In this document: positions 21,242 to 31,354 of the stretch, piece by piece
How the letters are laid out: each line of letters begins with the position of its first letter
Position numbering within the stretch: position 1 is the stretch's first letter
DNA from: Terriglobia bacterium
GTDB taxonomy: Bacteria; Acidobacteriota; Terriglobia; 20CM-2-55-15
Assembly: GCA_965218585.1 (NCBI GenBank)
Contig: CBDCLE010000024.1
Span: 288,001-352,000, forward strand
Length of the DNA stretch: 64,000 bases
Reading direction: 5' to 3'
Made by a program: the position numbers and the translations under genes
The notes under the pieces: generated by a model
The model's database searches: none
What the model saw: only the letters and a program-made list of their open reading frames with translations
Told to the model about the DNA's origin: nothing

Positions 21242-22693
21242 TTGATCCACTTCGCTGCTGTCGGCTACGTCCTCGGTCAGTTTCTGCTGGCCCTTTCCGG
21301 GACGATGCTCATTCCGCTCGCATATGGCTGGTTTGCGGGAAGCGAGGGATTGGCGTCTCTTGTCTATGGTGCGCTGATCACGGCGGCCAGTGGCGGGGCA
21401 CTCGTCCTGGCTTCAGGCAAGCCGGAGAAGGAACTCACCCAACGGGAAGGGCTCCTGCTCGTCGTTTCCGTCTGGGGATCAGTCGGGCTGTTTGGCAGCA
21501 TACCGTTCTATCTTTCGCCTTACTTTTCATCTTTCACTGACGCTTTTTTTGAATCGATTTCAGGATTCACGACAACCGGAGCCACCATTCTGGATCGTGT
21601 CGAAGTTCTTCCCGAGGCCCTGCAGTTTTGGCGTTGCTTCTCCCACTGGTTAGGCGGGATGGGAATTGTAGTCCTGGGTATCGCCATACTTCCCCTCGTC
21701 GGTCACGGAGGAATGCAGCTTTACCGTGCCGAGTTTTCAGGTGCCAAATCAGAAAGGCTGAAGCCCCGTATAGCAGAGACGGCTCTTTCGCTCTGGAAAA
21801 TCTACCTGACACTGACCGTGGCCGAGTTCATAGCCCTCCGACTGGCAGGCATGAACGGATTCGAAGCCATGTGCCACACGTTTTCGACGCTGGGAACAGG
21901 TGGTTTTTCAACACGTACGGAAAGCATCGCCGGCTTTAACAGTCCTCTGATCGAGGCGATCATCATCGTCTTTATGCTCATGGCGGGTATCAGCTTTATC
22001 CAGCATTACCGGTTCTGGGTAGAACGCAATCCCCGTGAGTTTTTCAAAGACGTCGAGCTTCGCTATTACGCCCTGATAACTTTCGTGGCTACCGGAGTCA
22101 TCGCTGTCGTTCTCATTTCGAGTCAGGGTTACCCCATCGCGCTGGCTGCACGTAACGCTCTGTTTCAGGTGAGCGCGATAGTGACGACGACGGGGTTTGT
22201 CACCGACAACTTCGAGGTGTGGCATCCGCTGCCGCAATTGATTCTGCTGGCTCTGATGTTCGTCGGGGGATGCACGGGATCGACGGCCGGGGGTATGAAA
22301 ACGTCGCGGATTCTCTTACTGGCACGCGTGGTCGATCGGGAATTCAAGAGGATGGTCGAGCGCCGGGGCGTCTTTGCGGTGCGTCTGGGCGGGCAGGTCG
22401 TTTCCGAATCTACGATCCAGAGCCTGCTGAATCTGGTGTATCTGGCTTTTGTAATAAACTTCGTGGCCTGCCTGATGCTTGCTGCATTGGGCGTGGACGT
22501 GCTGACTGCGATATCAGCCGTAGCCGCATCGATGTTCAATATCGGGCCCGGATTGGGGGCTGTAGGCCCGGTTGAAAACTACGGAAGCCTGCCCGATCTG
22601 GCCAAGTGGATCCTCGGGGCCTGCATGATCGCCGGACGCCTGGAGTTCTACACCGTCATCGTTATTCTGACGCCAGCGTTCTGGCGAAAGTGA
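21242..22693 (+). CDS. trkH: Trk potassium uptake membrane subunit
   Basis: FFESISGFTTTGAT, WLGGMGI, TGGFS, TTTGF, GGCTGSTAGG, NIGPG, GRLE. Confidence 0.95.
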   Translation: MIHFAAVGYVLGQFLLALSGTMLIPLAYGWFAGSEGLASLVYGALITAASGGALVLASGKPEKELTQREGLLLVVSVWGSVGLFGSIPFYLSPYFSSFTDAFFESISGFTTTGATILDRVEVLPEALQFWRCFSHWLGGMGIVVLGIAILPLVGHGGMQLYRAEFSGAKSERLKPRIAETALSLWKIYLTLTVAEFIALRLAGMNGFEAMCHTFSTLGTGGFSTRTESIAGFNSPLIEAIIIVFMLMAGISFIQHYRFWVERNPREFFKDVELRYYALITFVATGVIAVVLISSQGYPIALAARNALFQVSAIVTTTGFVTDNFEVWHPLPQLILLALMFVGGCTGSTAGGMKTSRILLLARVVDREFKRMVERRGVFAVRLGGQVVSESTIQSLLNLVYLAFVINFVACLMLAALGVDVLTAISAVAASMFNIGPGLGAVGPVENYGSLPDLAKWILGACMIAGRLEFYTVIVILTPAFWRK

Positions 22694-22794
22694 ACGCGAG
22701 TGGAACTTTCCGGACCCCGATGTCGTGTAACGTAGAATGAAGGGGATGCTGGGGAAAGTGACTTTGCAGCGTATGATCAAAACGGTCATAGAAA

Positions 22795-23886
22795 ATGTGT
22801 GAAATCGTCAAACCCGAGGTCGGTTCCAGACTGTTGCTGACCCTGGCGTGTCTGATCGTACTGATCGCGGGCCTGCGGGCTGCCGAGCCCGTGGTGGTCC
22901 CGTTCCTGCTGTCGGTGTTTCTCGCCATGCTGGGCGTCCCTATGCTGGCGTGGTTGCAGGGGATGGGCGCTCCGCGCTGGTTGGCGATTCTCGTCGTCGT
23001 TCTCAGCCTCATTGTGGTGCTGGTGGGCGTGGGAGCGATCGTCGGCGGTTCGGTGAATGCGTTTACCCAGGCGTTGCCTCAGTATCAGGAAAGGCTGACC
23101 CTGCTTCTGGTGTCCGCAGAGCAGCAGCTTGCGTCATGGGGGATCAACGCTTCAGTTTCCACCCTCGTTGGGGACTTGATCAATCCCGGACAGATTCTGC
23201 AACTGGCCGGGGGGCTGCTGTCGACTCTGGCTGCAATCCTGTCGAATTTCCTACTGGTGTTCCTGACAACCGTCTTCATGTTGACCGAGGCCACAGGATT
23301 TTCAGCCAAGATACGAGCGGCATGGGGAGACGCCAGCTCGAAGCTGCTCGGCTTCTCCAGTGTTATGACGCAGGTTCACAGATACCTGATCATCAAGACC
23401 GTGATCAGTCTGTTCACCGGGCTTGTACTGGGCTTCTGGGTGGGAATCCTGGGCGTCGATTTTCCGGTATTGTGGGGACTGCTGGCCTTCCTGCTCAACT
23501 ACGTGCCCAATATCGGGTCGATAATGGCAGCCGTTCCTCCGATCATGGTGGGGATGATCCAGCCGGGAGGAGGGCTGGGTCTAGCGCTTACGGTAGCGAC
23601 GGGTTATCTGGTCGTGAATCTTGTCGTTGGGAACGTGGCGGAACCGCGCATGATGGGCCAGCGCCTGGGTCTGTCCACTCTGGTTGTTTTCATGTCCCTC
23701 GTGTTCTGGGGCTGGGTCTGGGGTGGTGTCGGGATGCTGCTTTCAGTTCCCCTCACGATGGTTGTCAAGATCCTTATGCAGAACAGCGACGAACTCCGAT
23801 GGGTCGCGATCCTTCTGGACAAGTCTCCGACTGAAGACGACCCCGAGGGCGACATCGAGAGTGACCTCGCCGTTGCCGGAGAGTAG
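22795..23886 (+). CDS. AI-2E family transporter
   Basis: LNYVPNIGS, GNxxEPRMMG, FWGWVWGxxGMLLSVPLT. Confidence 0.9.
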   Translation: MCEIVKPEVGSRLLLTLACLIVLIAGLRAAEPVVVPFLLSVFLAMLGVPMLAWLQGMGAPRWLAILVVVLSLIVVLVGVGAIVGGSVNAFTQALPQYQERLTLLLVSAEQQLASWGINASVSTLVGDLINPGQILQLAGGLLSTLAAILSNFLLVFLTTVFMLTEATGFSAKIRAAWGDASSKLLGFSSVMTQVHRYLIIKTVISLFTGLVLGFWVGILGVDFPVLWGLLAFLLNYVPNIGSIMAAVPPIMVGMIQPGGGLGLALTVATGYLVVNLVVGNVAEPRMMGQRLGLSTLVVFMSLVFWGWVWGGVGMLLSVPLTMVVKILMQNSDELRWVAILLDKSPTEDDPEGDIESDLAVAGE

Positions 23887-23909
23887 CGGCTTCTGGGCAG
23901 ACGGCTATC

Positions 23910-24239
23910 TCAGGCTAATTTTTCGATGATCAAGTCGGGATGGTTGCCGGCAACGGCCACCCGATACCAGATAAAAGGAAAGAGGGGATTGGGCAACCAG
24001 TACATCCAGCCGAGGCTGGGCACCTTCCCCTTGTCCCCCAGGTCCAGATCCATCCAGACATAGAGAAATTTATAGGGGCAGAGGCCCGGAATGTAGTTGG
24101 GCTTGAACCCGTCTGTCTTGAGGTACTTGCGCCTAATATAGAAGTTTCCTTCGAAACCCGTGATTCCCCAGCCAGTGGGGCCTTCGGCCAGAACGGTGCC
24201 AGAATCTCTGTGTGTGATCCGAATTTGATTGCCAGCCAT
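23910..24239 (-). CDS. Hypothetical protein, DUF427-like
   Basis: VLAE...EGNFY...CPYK...WMY pattern. Confidence 0.55.
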   Translation of the reverse strand: MAGNQIRITHRDSGTVLAEGPTGWGITGFEGNFYIRRKYLKTDGFKPNYIPGLCPYKFLYVWMDLDLGDKGKVPSLGWMYWLPNPLFPFIWYRVAVAGNHPDLIIEKLA

Positions 24240-24370
24240 CCGTCAGTTCACGATCATAACAATGTGAGAGGTGGCCCACTGTAGGCGCCCTTCCCGTGGT
24301 GTATCATTTTGTTAAACAGAATCTCGTTACGTTCGTCTATCAATTTTAGGGCTGAAAACGGGAGAGAGCA

Positions 24371-25582
24371 GTGAACAGGTCCGTAAACGAAGCAGAGAGC
24401 TTCTACCGCGAGGTAACAAATCAGAAGTGGTTCACGTCACTGATGAGTCAGATTCGTGGGCTGGCGGCGGAGAAGCGTAACCGGGTTGAGGTCGAGATAA
24501 CTGCCGAACCGGATCCCTCTGTCCTCGAGCATATGGTTGCCCGGCGCTCTCCTTTGGAGTCGCTCTGGTCGCAGGTGAGCGAACTCTACAAAGAGTTTAA
24601 GAATCCTCCCGAACCGATCGAAGTGACTGCCGCAGCCGATCCCTCGGCTCTGTCCGGACTCATCGATTCGCGCTCCCCTCTGGACTCGATCATTCGGCAG
24701 GTGAGGAGCATCGTCAACGACATCCGGAATCCTTCCGAGTTTACGGCCACGGCCCAACCGGTAGAGACGCCGTCGATATGGTCGGAAAGACAGTTGAATG
24801 TGCCAACGTACCTGACTGTTGGGGCCCACCTGCTGGTTATCGCTTTTATTTTTTCCGGCCTCAGTTTCAGCCGCGATTCCCAGTTGTTCGTCGCCGAGAC
24901 TATTGTTCCGCTCTACTTGCCTGTGGATTTGATGCTTCCCCAGGAGGCGCGGACGTCTGCAGGTGGTGGCGGTGGAGGTCGCGAGACCTTGACGGCGCCC
25001 TCTTTGGCCCAACCGCCGCGTGCGGCTGAGGAACAATTCGTACCACCTCAGGCTGAACCGCCTCGGAATCTGGATCCACTTCTGGTGGCTGAACCCACGA
25101 TCGTTGCGCCGCAGTTGGCGTCCCTGCTTCCGGTGACCTTGCCGGAGCTGGGCGATCCGTTTGCGGGCATTCCGGCACCTCCCTCATCGGGTCCGGGTGT
25201 GGGTGCCGGTATCGGTACAGGTCAGGGCCGGGGCGTTGGGGAAGGTAGCGGCCCGGGACTAGGTGCGGGAGAAGGCGGTGGATTTGGTGGCGGGGTCTTT
25301 GAGGTCGGGGGCGGCGTCAGCCCACCGACAATTCTTTATCGTCGGGACCCGATCTATTCCGAAGATGCGCGCAAGGCGCAGTATGAGGGTACGGTCGTTC
25401 TCGAAGCTATCGTCCGAAAAGACGGATCCGTAGAAATCTTGCGGGTTGTGAGAGGCCTCGGTCTGGGTCTGGACGAGAACGCGATGGAAGCACTCAGGGA
25501 GTGGCGTTTCAGGCCGGCGACGCGTCAGGGCGTACCTGTGGACGTTGCGGTCAATATTGAAGTCAACTTCACTTTACGGTAG
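24371..25582 (+). CDS. tonB: Energy transducer TonB
   Basis: TM helix, Pro/Gly-rich linker and a C-terminal TonB domain (PIYSEDARKAQYEGTVVL...GLDENAMEALREWRFRPA...VNFTLR). Confidence 0.88.
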   Translation: MNRSVNEAESFYREVTNQKWFTSLMSQIRGLAAEKRNRVEVEITAEPDPSVLEHMVARRSPLESLWSQVSELYKEFKNPPEPIEVTAAADPSALSGLIDSRSPLDSIIRQVRSIVNDIRNPSEFTATAQPVETPSIWSERQLNVPTYLTVGAHLLVIAFIFSGLSFSRDSQLFVAETIVPLYLPVDLMLPQEARTSAGGGGGGRETLTAPSLAQPPRAAEEQFVPPQAEPPRNLDPLLVAEPTIVAPQLASLLPVTLPELGDPFAGIPAPPSSGPGVGAGIGTGQGRGVGEGSGPGLGAGEGGGFGGGVFEVGGGVSPPTILYRRDPIYSEDARKAQYEGTVVLEAIVRKDGSVEILRVVRGLGLGLDENAMEALREWRFRPATRQGVPVDVAVNIEVNFTLR

Positions 25583-25680
25583 CTCGGCCGAACTGCCTTT
25601 CAATTCGTATTTCCAAAAAAAAGAGCCACGGACTGCTCGCGTAAAGACTGAACGCCCGTGAGTCAGTCGAAATAAGCACC

Positions 25681-25800
25681 GATGTAGAAAAAGATTTCGC
25701 TCGGTCGTTCATTCGGCCATCCTGGCCGAACGACCGGCGACGCTCGCAATCAGGATGATTGCGAGCCCGTCAGGGACTCATCGATACTTTTCAGCAGGCA
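25681..25800. mobile_element. Possible MITE-like structured repeat
   Basis: Ends TGTAGAAAAAG / CTTTTTCAGCA form an imperfect IR. Two internal hairpins: TTCGGCCA-TCC-TGGCCGAA and GCTCGCAATCA-GGA-TGATTGCGAGC. Confidence 0.5.
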
Positions 25801-25822
25801 CGAGGAAGCCCTGCCCGGGGCG

Positions 25823-28432
25823 CTAGGGACGGATCAGGAAGTCGATCCAGCACCCGTGAACGGTGTACGGATCGAACGGGTCCGGTGCCTCGTCAAAACC
25901 GTTTCCCTGATTGGCAATGAGTCCGGCCCGATAGATTTCCGGATCCAGGATGGCAGCGATTTCGTCCCGCACATCCTGCAGGTGAAAGAGTGTGGCATCG
26001 TCCCCCGCCCGCGCGAGCGAGGACTCCACTGCAGTGTCCAGCGTTCTCAATTGCCCGCGTAACAATGCGCGCATGTCGTTCCACTGAGCGTCGTCACTGT
26101 TGAGTCGGGTATCGATCAGGTCGAGATAAAGACGCTGCAGGTTTCTTCGAAACGCGTCGGTCGATACGGCTTGATCGGACAGTTCCGCCCAAATCCCTTC
26201 GCGTAGGTCCGCCAGAAATTCGGTCGGCCTGTAGGCATCGTCATCCAGAGCACTCTGTTCCACCAGCCTTGTAAAGCGATTCGCATTGAGCAGGAAGTTC
26301 AGGACGGATCGCTGGCTGTTGCGCAGTCTGGAAAGGACGCCTGAGGGTTCGATCCGTCGAAGGATTTCAGGTCGAACCAGGAAGTCCGGAGTTTCAAAGG
26401 CGTTCTCGTTCAGAAAACGGACTGCGTCCTGCTGGGTCGGGCGAGCCACGGCTGTGAAACGGACTCCGTCCTGGCCACCGTGTATCTGCCTGGAATCAAA
26501 TCCCCCCACGAGTGCACCCACGTGGTTCATTTCGCGAACCCACTGCCCGAGCACCCGTCCGTAAAGCTCTTCGAGTTCGTCCCAGTTCTGCCCCGGCTCG
26601 GTAGCCGAGCTGAGGAGGAGATCCATCACCCGTTCAAGGTTTTTAACTCCAAACCCAGTCGCTTCGACAGCGTTTGCATCGCCAACGGCTTCGGTGAGTT
26701 CACCGGGGTCGGACGCTCGGGAACCGTTGGTCGAAAACCGGAGCCATGGAGTGTTTTCCTGTTCCAGTGCCCAGGTGTTGAGTGTAGCGACCTCCTCGTC
26801 AGCAGACGCCGCATCCGGTATCGGCTTGTACCCCCACATCGTGGCCCAGACGTGGTAAGGGCCTATCCCGGGAATGAGATCTTCGACGGGGATGTTGTCT
26901 TCGGGCTGCGCCACATAATTGAATCGTGAATAGTCCATCAGTGTCGGCGTGTGACCCATGGTCCGGAGCCATTCCGGATCGCGAATGTTTTCGAAGGGAT
27001 ATGTCGAGCTTGCCTTCATGTTGTGCTGGAAGCCCAGAGTGTGCCCGACTTCATGGGCGACAACGAAGCGAAGGAGTCTTCCCATCAACTCATCGGGAAA
27101 TGGAAGCGTCTGTGCACGCGGGTCCAGCGGAGCTGCCTGCACGAAGTACCAGTCGTGCAGAAGGTTCTGGATGTTGTGATAGAATTGAATATCGGATTCC
27201 AGAATTTCTCCCGTTCTGGGGTCGTGCACGTGGGGACCCGACGCGTTCTCGATGTCGGATGGGAGCCAGCGGATGACCGAATAGCGGGCATCTTCGGGAC
27301 TCCAGTCCGGGTCTTCGTCCCCCGAAGGCGCGTCCCGCGCCGGGATCGCGTTCGAGAAACCTGCGGCTTCGAACGCCTCCTGCCAGTCCTCGACGCCTTG
27401 CTTGACATAGGGAATCCATTCGGGCGGCGTCGCCGGATCGATCCAGTACTCGATGGGTTTTACCGGATCCGAGAGCTCGGCTTCGGGGTCTTGTTTCTCG
27501 AGTCGCCAGCGCGTGATGTAGCGGCGCTCGGCGGCCCGGTGTTCGTCTACGCCATAGTCGGTCTGGGTGAGGGAGAAGTACCCGACCCGGTCGTCAGACA
27601 TTCGGGGCATCATAGGGTCGTCGGGCAGCTTTACCATGCTGTAGGCCATTTCGAGGGTCGCGCTTCCCGGTTCCATCCCACCGCGGTTGTTGTTGCCACC
27701 TCTGCCCTGACCCGGGTTGTTGTCCGGCGGGCGTGTGTAAGTGTGTACGGCACGGACCTCTATGTTTTCAGGAAACGAGACAATTCGGTCCACGAAGGAT
27801 CGCCGACGGTCAAGCCCCCGGGCCCGGAGTCGGGAACGGGCACTCAATTCAGTAACTTCCGTAGCGAAAAGATCGGTCACGTCAATGACCACGGCATCGT
27901 CCTCCCCGAGCGCTTCGATATCGAATGCCATCAGGATGGTCTCGTTGTTGGAGGCCTGGACGGCCTGGGAGATCGGGAGGTTTTCCTCGGCGACGACTTC
28001 GTAGGAGACATTTCGAAGAAAGACACGCTCCCCGCGGCGTTCCCATTTCACGACCCGTGTGTCGATCTTCTGTCCTCCGTAGCCCTGTCCGACGACGGTT
28101 CTGGCGATACGGCCGACTCAGAGGAACTCGTTTTCGAGCTCCGCAGCCGGTATCTCGTAGTAGTAGTCCTCGTCAACGCGGTGGACTGTAAAGATACCGT
28201 CATCCGATACCGCCTCGTCGGTAACGACCTCATCGTAGGGCTGGATGCCTTCCCGGTCCCTTCCATTACGCCCACCCCTCTCTTCGTCTTCGTCGTCCTC
28301 CGAGGTCGAGGCCGCCTCTTCGTCCTGGGTCGGCTCCTCCGGTTCGGGTTCCTGTGGTGCTACGTCCACGGGTACCGAAATGAGCAGAAACACCATAATC
28401 AACATGGAAAGGTACTGGACCATACGTGTCAT
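25823..28432 (-). pseudogene. Second EcxA-like zinc metalloprotease (DUF5118/5117/4953 type) with an in-frame TGA at 28118-28120
   Basis: ORFs 28118-28432 and 25823-28051 share a frame: ...YYEIP...[18 protein letters not shown]...KWERR. Contains [12 protein letters not shown] and DPRTGEILE. Confidence 0.85.
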
Positions 28433-28556
28433 CGGTTTTCTCCCTCGAAGCTGTTGTGGCGAAACGAATGCCTCTTTTCGCCCGAAAATATGGCAAGAAG
28501 CGTTTCACAAAAACTAAACTGTTTCCGCACGCAACGCAAGCAGCGGTTGGAGGTTC

Positions 28557-29897
28557 ATGTCGGGGAAGATCGGTATTCGCAGGGAAGACAGGAATCGATG
28601 GGAGCGTCGTGCGCCGCTGGCCCCATTGCATGTGGCCCGATTGGTTTCTTCCGGCGTCGAGGTCGTCGTTCAACCTTCGGAGATCCGGATTTTTTCAGAC
28701 GAAGAATACCTCCGGTCTGGCGCCGCAGTTTCCGAGGATCTTTCCGATTGCAGCCTCGTTCTGGCCATCAAGGAAATACCCGGAGAGTATTTTCGCCCCG
28801 GGGGCGCATACCTGTTCTTTTCTCATGTTTCCAAGGGGCAACCTTACAACATGGGAATGCTTGGGCGCGTTCTGGAGTGCGGGGCCAGTCTGCTCGACTA
28901 TGAACACATGGTGGACCCGGCCAACCGGCGCCTTGTGTTCTTCGGAAATCACCCTGGCGCCGCCGGCCTTTTTGAAACGCTCCACGCTCTGGGCAGGCGC
29001 CTTGAATGGGAGGGGCAGTCCACACCATTGTCGTCGGTTCAGCGTCCTCTGGAATTCTCCAGTCTCGAGGAGGGCCGGAAATTGCTGGCCCAGGTTGGAC
29101 GCCGGATCTCGGAAGCTGGAATGGGCGAAAGCCTCGCGCCGGTCATCGTCGGGTTTGCGGGCTACGGAAATGTCTCAGGCGGTGCGCAGGAACTATTTGA
29201 CCTGTTGCCGCACGAAGAGATCTCTCCCGACAATCTGAGATCGTTCATGGCGGCCGGAAAGTTTTCCGAAAGGAAACTCTACAAGGTTGTTTTCAAAGAG
29301 GAAGACATGGTCGTTCCCATTGAAGCCTCCCGGCCGTTCGATCTGGAGGACTACTACAGCCGTCCGGGCAGGTACCGGGGTAAGTTTGAAGAATACCTCC
29401 CGCACTTGACTGTCTTGATCAACTGTATCTACTGGGAAGAAAAGTATCCCCGGCTGGTTACAAGGGATTGGTTGCGGTCGGCGTGGACAGCGAGCAGGAG
29501 ATCGAACAGTACCGGTCCGCGATTACGCGTGATCGGTGACATCACCTGCGACATCGAGGGATCGATCGAATGTACGCTCAAGGCGACCGATCCCAGTATG
29601 CCGGCGTACACCTACATCCCTTCATCCGGGGATATCGTTGACGGCTGCGAAGGAGAAGGCGTCGTCGTCATGGCCGTTGATACTCTGCCGGCCGAGTTGC
29701 CGCGAGAGGCGTCTCAGAGCTTCGGCGATATGCTGTATCCCTATGTCCCCGAGCTTGCTTCCGCTGATTTCAGCAAGACGTTCGATGCCCTGGAGCTTGG
29801 GGAAGTTCTCCAGAGGGCGGTGATCGCGCATTGCGGCCAGCTGACCCAAAGATATCGATATCTGCAAAACAGAGTGACCAGTGAAAGGAATGAGTGA
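28557..29897 (+). CDS. Lysine-ketoglutarate reductase / saccharopine dehydrogenase-like protein (AlaDH/PNT superfamily)
   Basis: IGIRREDxNRWERRAPLAP, FFSHxxKGQPYNM, GYGNVSGGAQE, NCIYW, GDITCDIEGSIE, MAVDxLPAELPREAS. Confidence 0.85.
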   Translation: MSGKIGIRREDRNRWERRAPLAPLHVARLVSSGVEVVVQPSEIRIFSDEEYLRSGAAVSEDLSDCSLVLAIKEIPGEYFRPGGAYLFFSHVSKGQPYNMGMLGRVLECGASLLDYEHMVDPANRRLVFFGNHPGAAGLFETLHALGRRLEWEGQSTPLSSVQRPLEFSSLEEGRKLLAQVGRRISEAGMGESLAPVIVGFAGYGNVSGGAQELFDLLPHEEISPDNLRSFMAAGKFSERKLYKVVFKEEDMVVPIEASRPFDLEDYYSRPGRYRGKFEEYLPHLTVLINCIYWEEKYPRLVTRDWLRSAWTASRRSNSTGPRLRVIGDITCDIEGSIECTLKATDPSMPAYTYIPSSGDIVDGCEGEGVVVMAVDTLPAELPREASQSFGDMLYPYVPELASADFSKTFDALELGEVLQRAVIAHCGQLTQRYRYLQNRVTSERNE

Positions 29898-29964
29898 GGA
29901 GTGCGAGCAGATCCAGGGCGCTGACAACCCCTCACTTGTCACTGGGGCCTGATGTCATGCGACA

Positions 29965-30414
29965 TCAGAAGCCGGGCTGGGGGGTGACCCCCGCCGCCCG
30001 GCGCCTGGCCAGCAACGCATAGGTGAATCCAAGAATCAGTCCGTAAACAAGATGCCCAACCAGGCTCGGGAACATCGCCGCTGCTGCCGTCGCGTTCCAG
30101 TTGACGCCGATCCCCATGCCCATCATCGCCGGCATCAGCGTGAGTGGCCCGAGAAACCACCATGTGATTCCGTATGCAGCCCCGTACCCGAGTCCGGTCG
30201 CCCCACCCTTGACGAGGGTATGAAACAGCAGCGCAAAGGACCCGCCGATGACGGCGCTGATTATGAGGTGAACGAAGAATCCCACGCCGGGGGTGGGCGA
30301 TCCGACCATCTGTCCGATCATCGGGAGCATGCCCATCATACCCATCATCACTCCGAAGACGATTCCGCCGGCTATGCCCGCGATGGCTCCATGTTCGATA
30401 CGCTTTACGTTCAT
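29965..30414 (-). CDS. Small Met/His-rich multi-TM membrane protein
   Basis: GxIAGIAGGIVFG, HLIISAxIG, WFLGPLTLMP, SLVGHLVYG; divergent from the ECF sigma gene. Confidence 0.75.
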   Translation of the reverse strand: MNVKRIEHGAIAGIAGGIVFGVMMGMMGMLPMIGQMVGSPTPGVGFFVHLIISAVIGGSFALLFHTLVKGGATGLGYGAAYGITWWFLGPLTLMPAMMGMGIGVNWNATAAAAMFPSLVGHLVYGLILGFTYALLARRRAAGVTPQPGF

Positions 30415-30514
30415 TTTTTGTCTTTTCTCCTCTATGAGTGGTTATATTTCGTTAAACCGGATCCTGCTTCGTTAATGAGTGGGGCCAGTGGCCGATTTCT
30501 TACACACGATTCGC

Positions 30515-31081
30515 ATGAATTTCGAAGATTCAGAATTCCCTGAACGAATGCGGGCGGCTGATCCCGAGGCCATACGTGGGGTGGTGGAGGCGTATCTGCA
30601 ACATATCCTTAATGCTGCGAGGGCTTCGGGTCTGGATCCTCAACGTGCCGAAGACGTGACCCAGGCTACGTTCGCAACGTTTATAGAGAAGGCATCCAGT
30701 TTTGAGGGCCGCTCCCATGTCAGAACCTGGCTGTTCGGGATTCTCTATCGCAAGATTGCGGAAGCCCGCCGAGGTCTCGGCCGGGAGGGTCTCTTCGATG
30801 ACATTGACGAGGTCGTGGAGAAACGGTTTGACGAGACAGGGATGTGGGTCGATCCGCCACAGCCCATAAACTTACTCGGCTCCGAACTCGGAGCTTTCAT
30901 CGAAGAATGTCTGGAGATACTGCCGACCGCTCAACGGATGGCATTCTTGTTTCGAGAAAAAGAAGAGATGTCGACGGAAGAAATATGTAAGATTCTGGAT
31001 GTCTCGCGCACTAACTTAGGAGTGCTGCTTTACCGCGGCCGAAATCGGCTCAGGGAATGTCTGGAGGCCAAGGGTTATTAG
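30515..31081 (+). CDS. ECF RNA polymerase sigma factor
   Basis: AEDVTQATF, FEGRSHVRTWLFGIL, EEICKIL..SRTNLGVLLYRGRNRLRECLE. Confidence 0.92.
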   Translation: MNFEDSEFPERMRAADPEAIRGVVEAYLQHILNAARASGLDPQRAEDVTQATFATFIEKASSFEGRSHVRTWLFGILYRKIAEARRGLGREGLFDDIDEVVEKRFDETGMWVDPPQPINLLGSELGAFIEECLEILPTAQRMAFLFREKEEMSTEEICKILDVSRTNLGVLLYRGRNRLRECLEAKGY

Positions 31082-31085
31082 CGAC

Positions 31086-31322
31086 ATGGGTCTCAACTGC
31101 AAAGAAGTTACACGGCGTCTTGCCAGCGATGAACTGACGACGGCGAACTGGCGCGAACGGGTGATGGTCGGTTTCCATATTTTTATGTGCGACAAATGCA
31201 GGCGCTACAGATCTCAGCTGGAGACAATGGGGCAGGCTGCTAAGCAGCTGTGGCGGAAGTCGGACGATCGAGAGACCGCCCGTCGGATGGAGAAAGAGAT
31301 TCTTTCAAAGATCAATAAATGA
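31086..31322 (+). CDS. Soluble zinc-finger (ZAS, zf-HC2) anti-sigma factor
   Basis: CKEV...HIFMCDKCRRY (HxxxCxxC); starts 4 bp after the sigma gene. Confidence 0.88.
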   Translation: MGLNCKEVTRRLASDELTTANWRERVMVGFHIFMCDKCRRYRSQLETMGQAAKQLWRKSDDRETARRMEKEILSKINK

Positions 31323-31354
31323 GTAAGTTGATTGAGATAATATAATCTGTAGGA

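Noticed and set aside
26951-28903. 650-aa plus-strand ORF, and similar long ORFs at 19949-21250, 32820-34496 and 6454-7608
   Set aside because: Antisense shadows of well-supported genes in GC-rich DNA, with no recognisable motifs.
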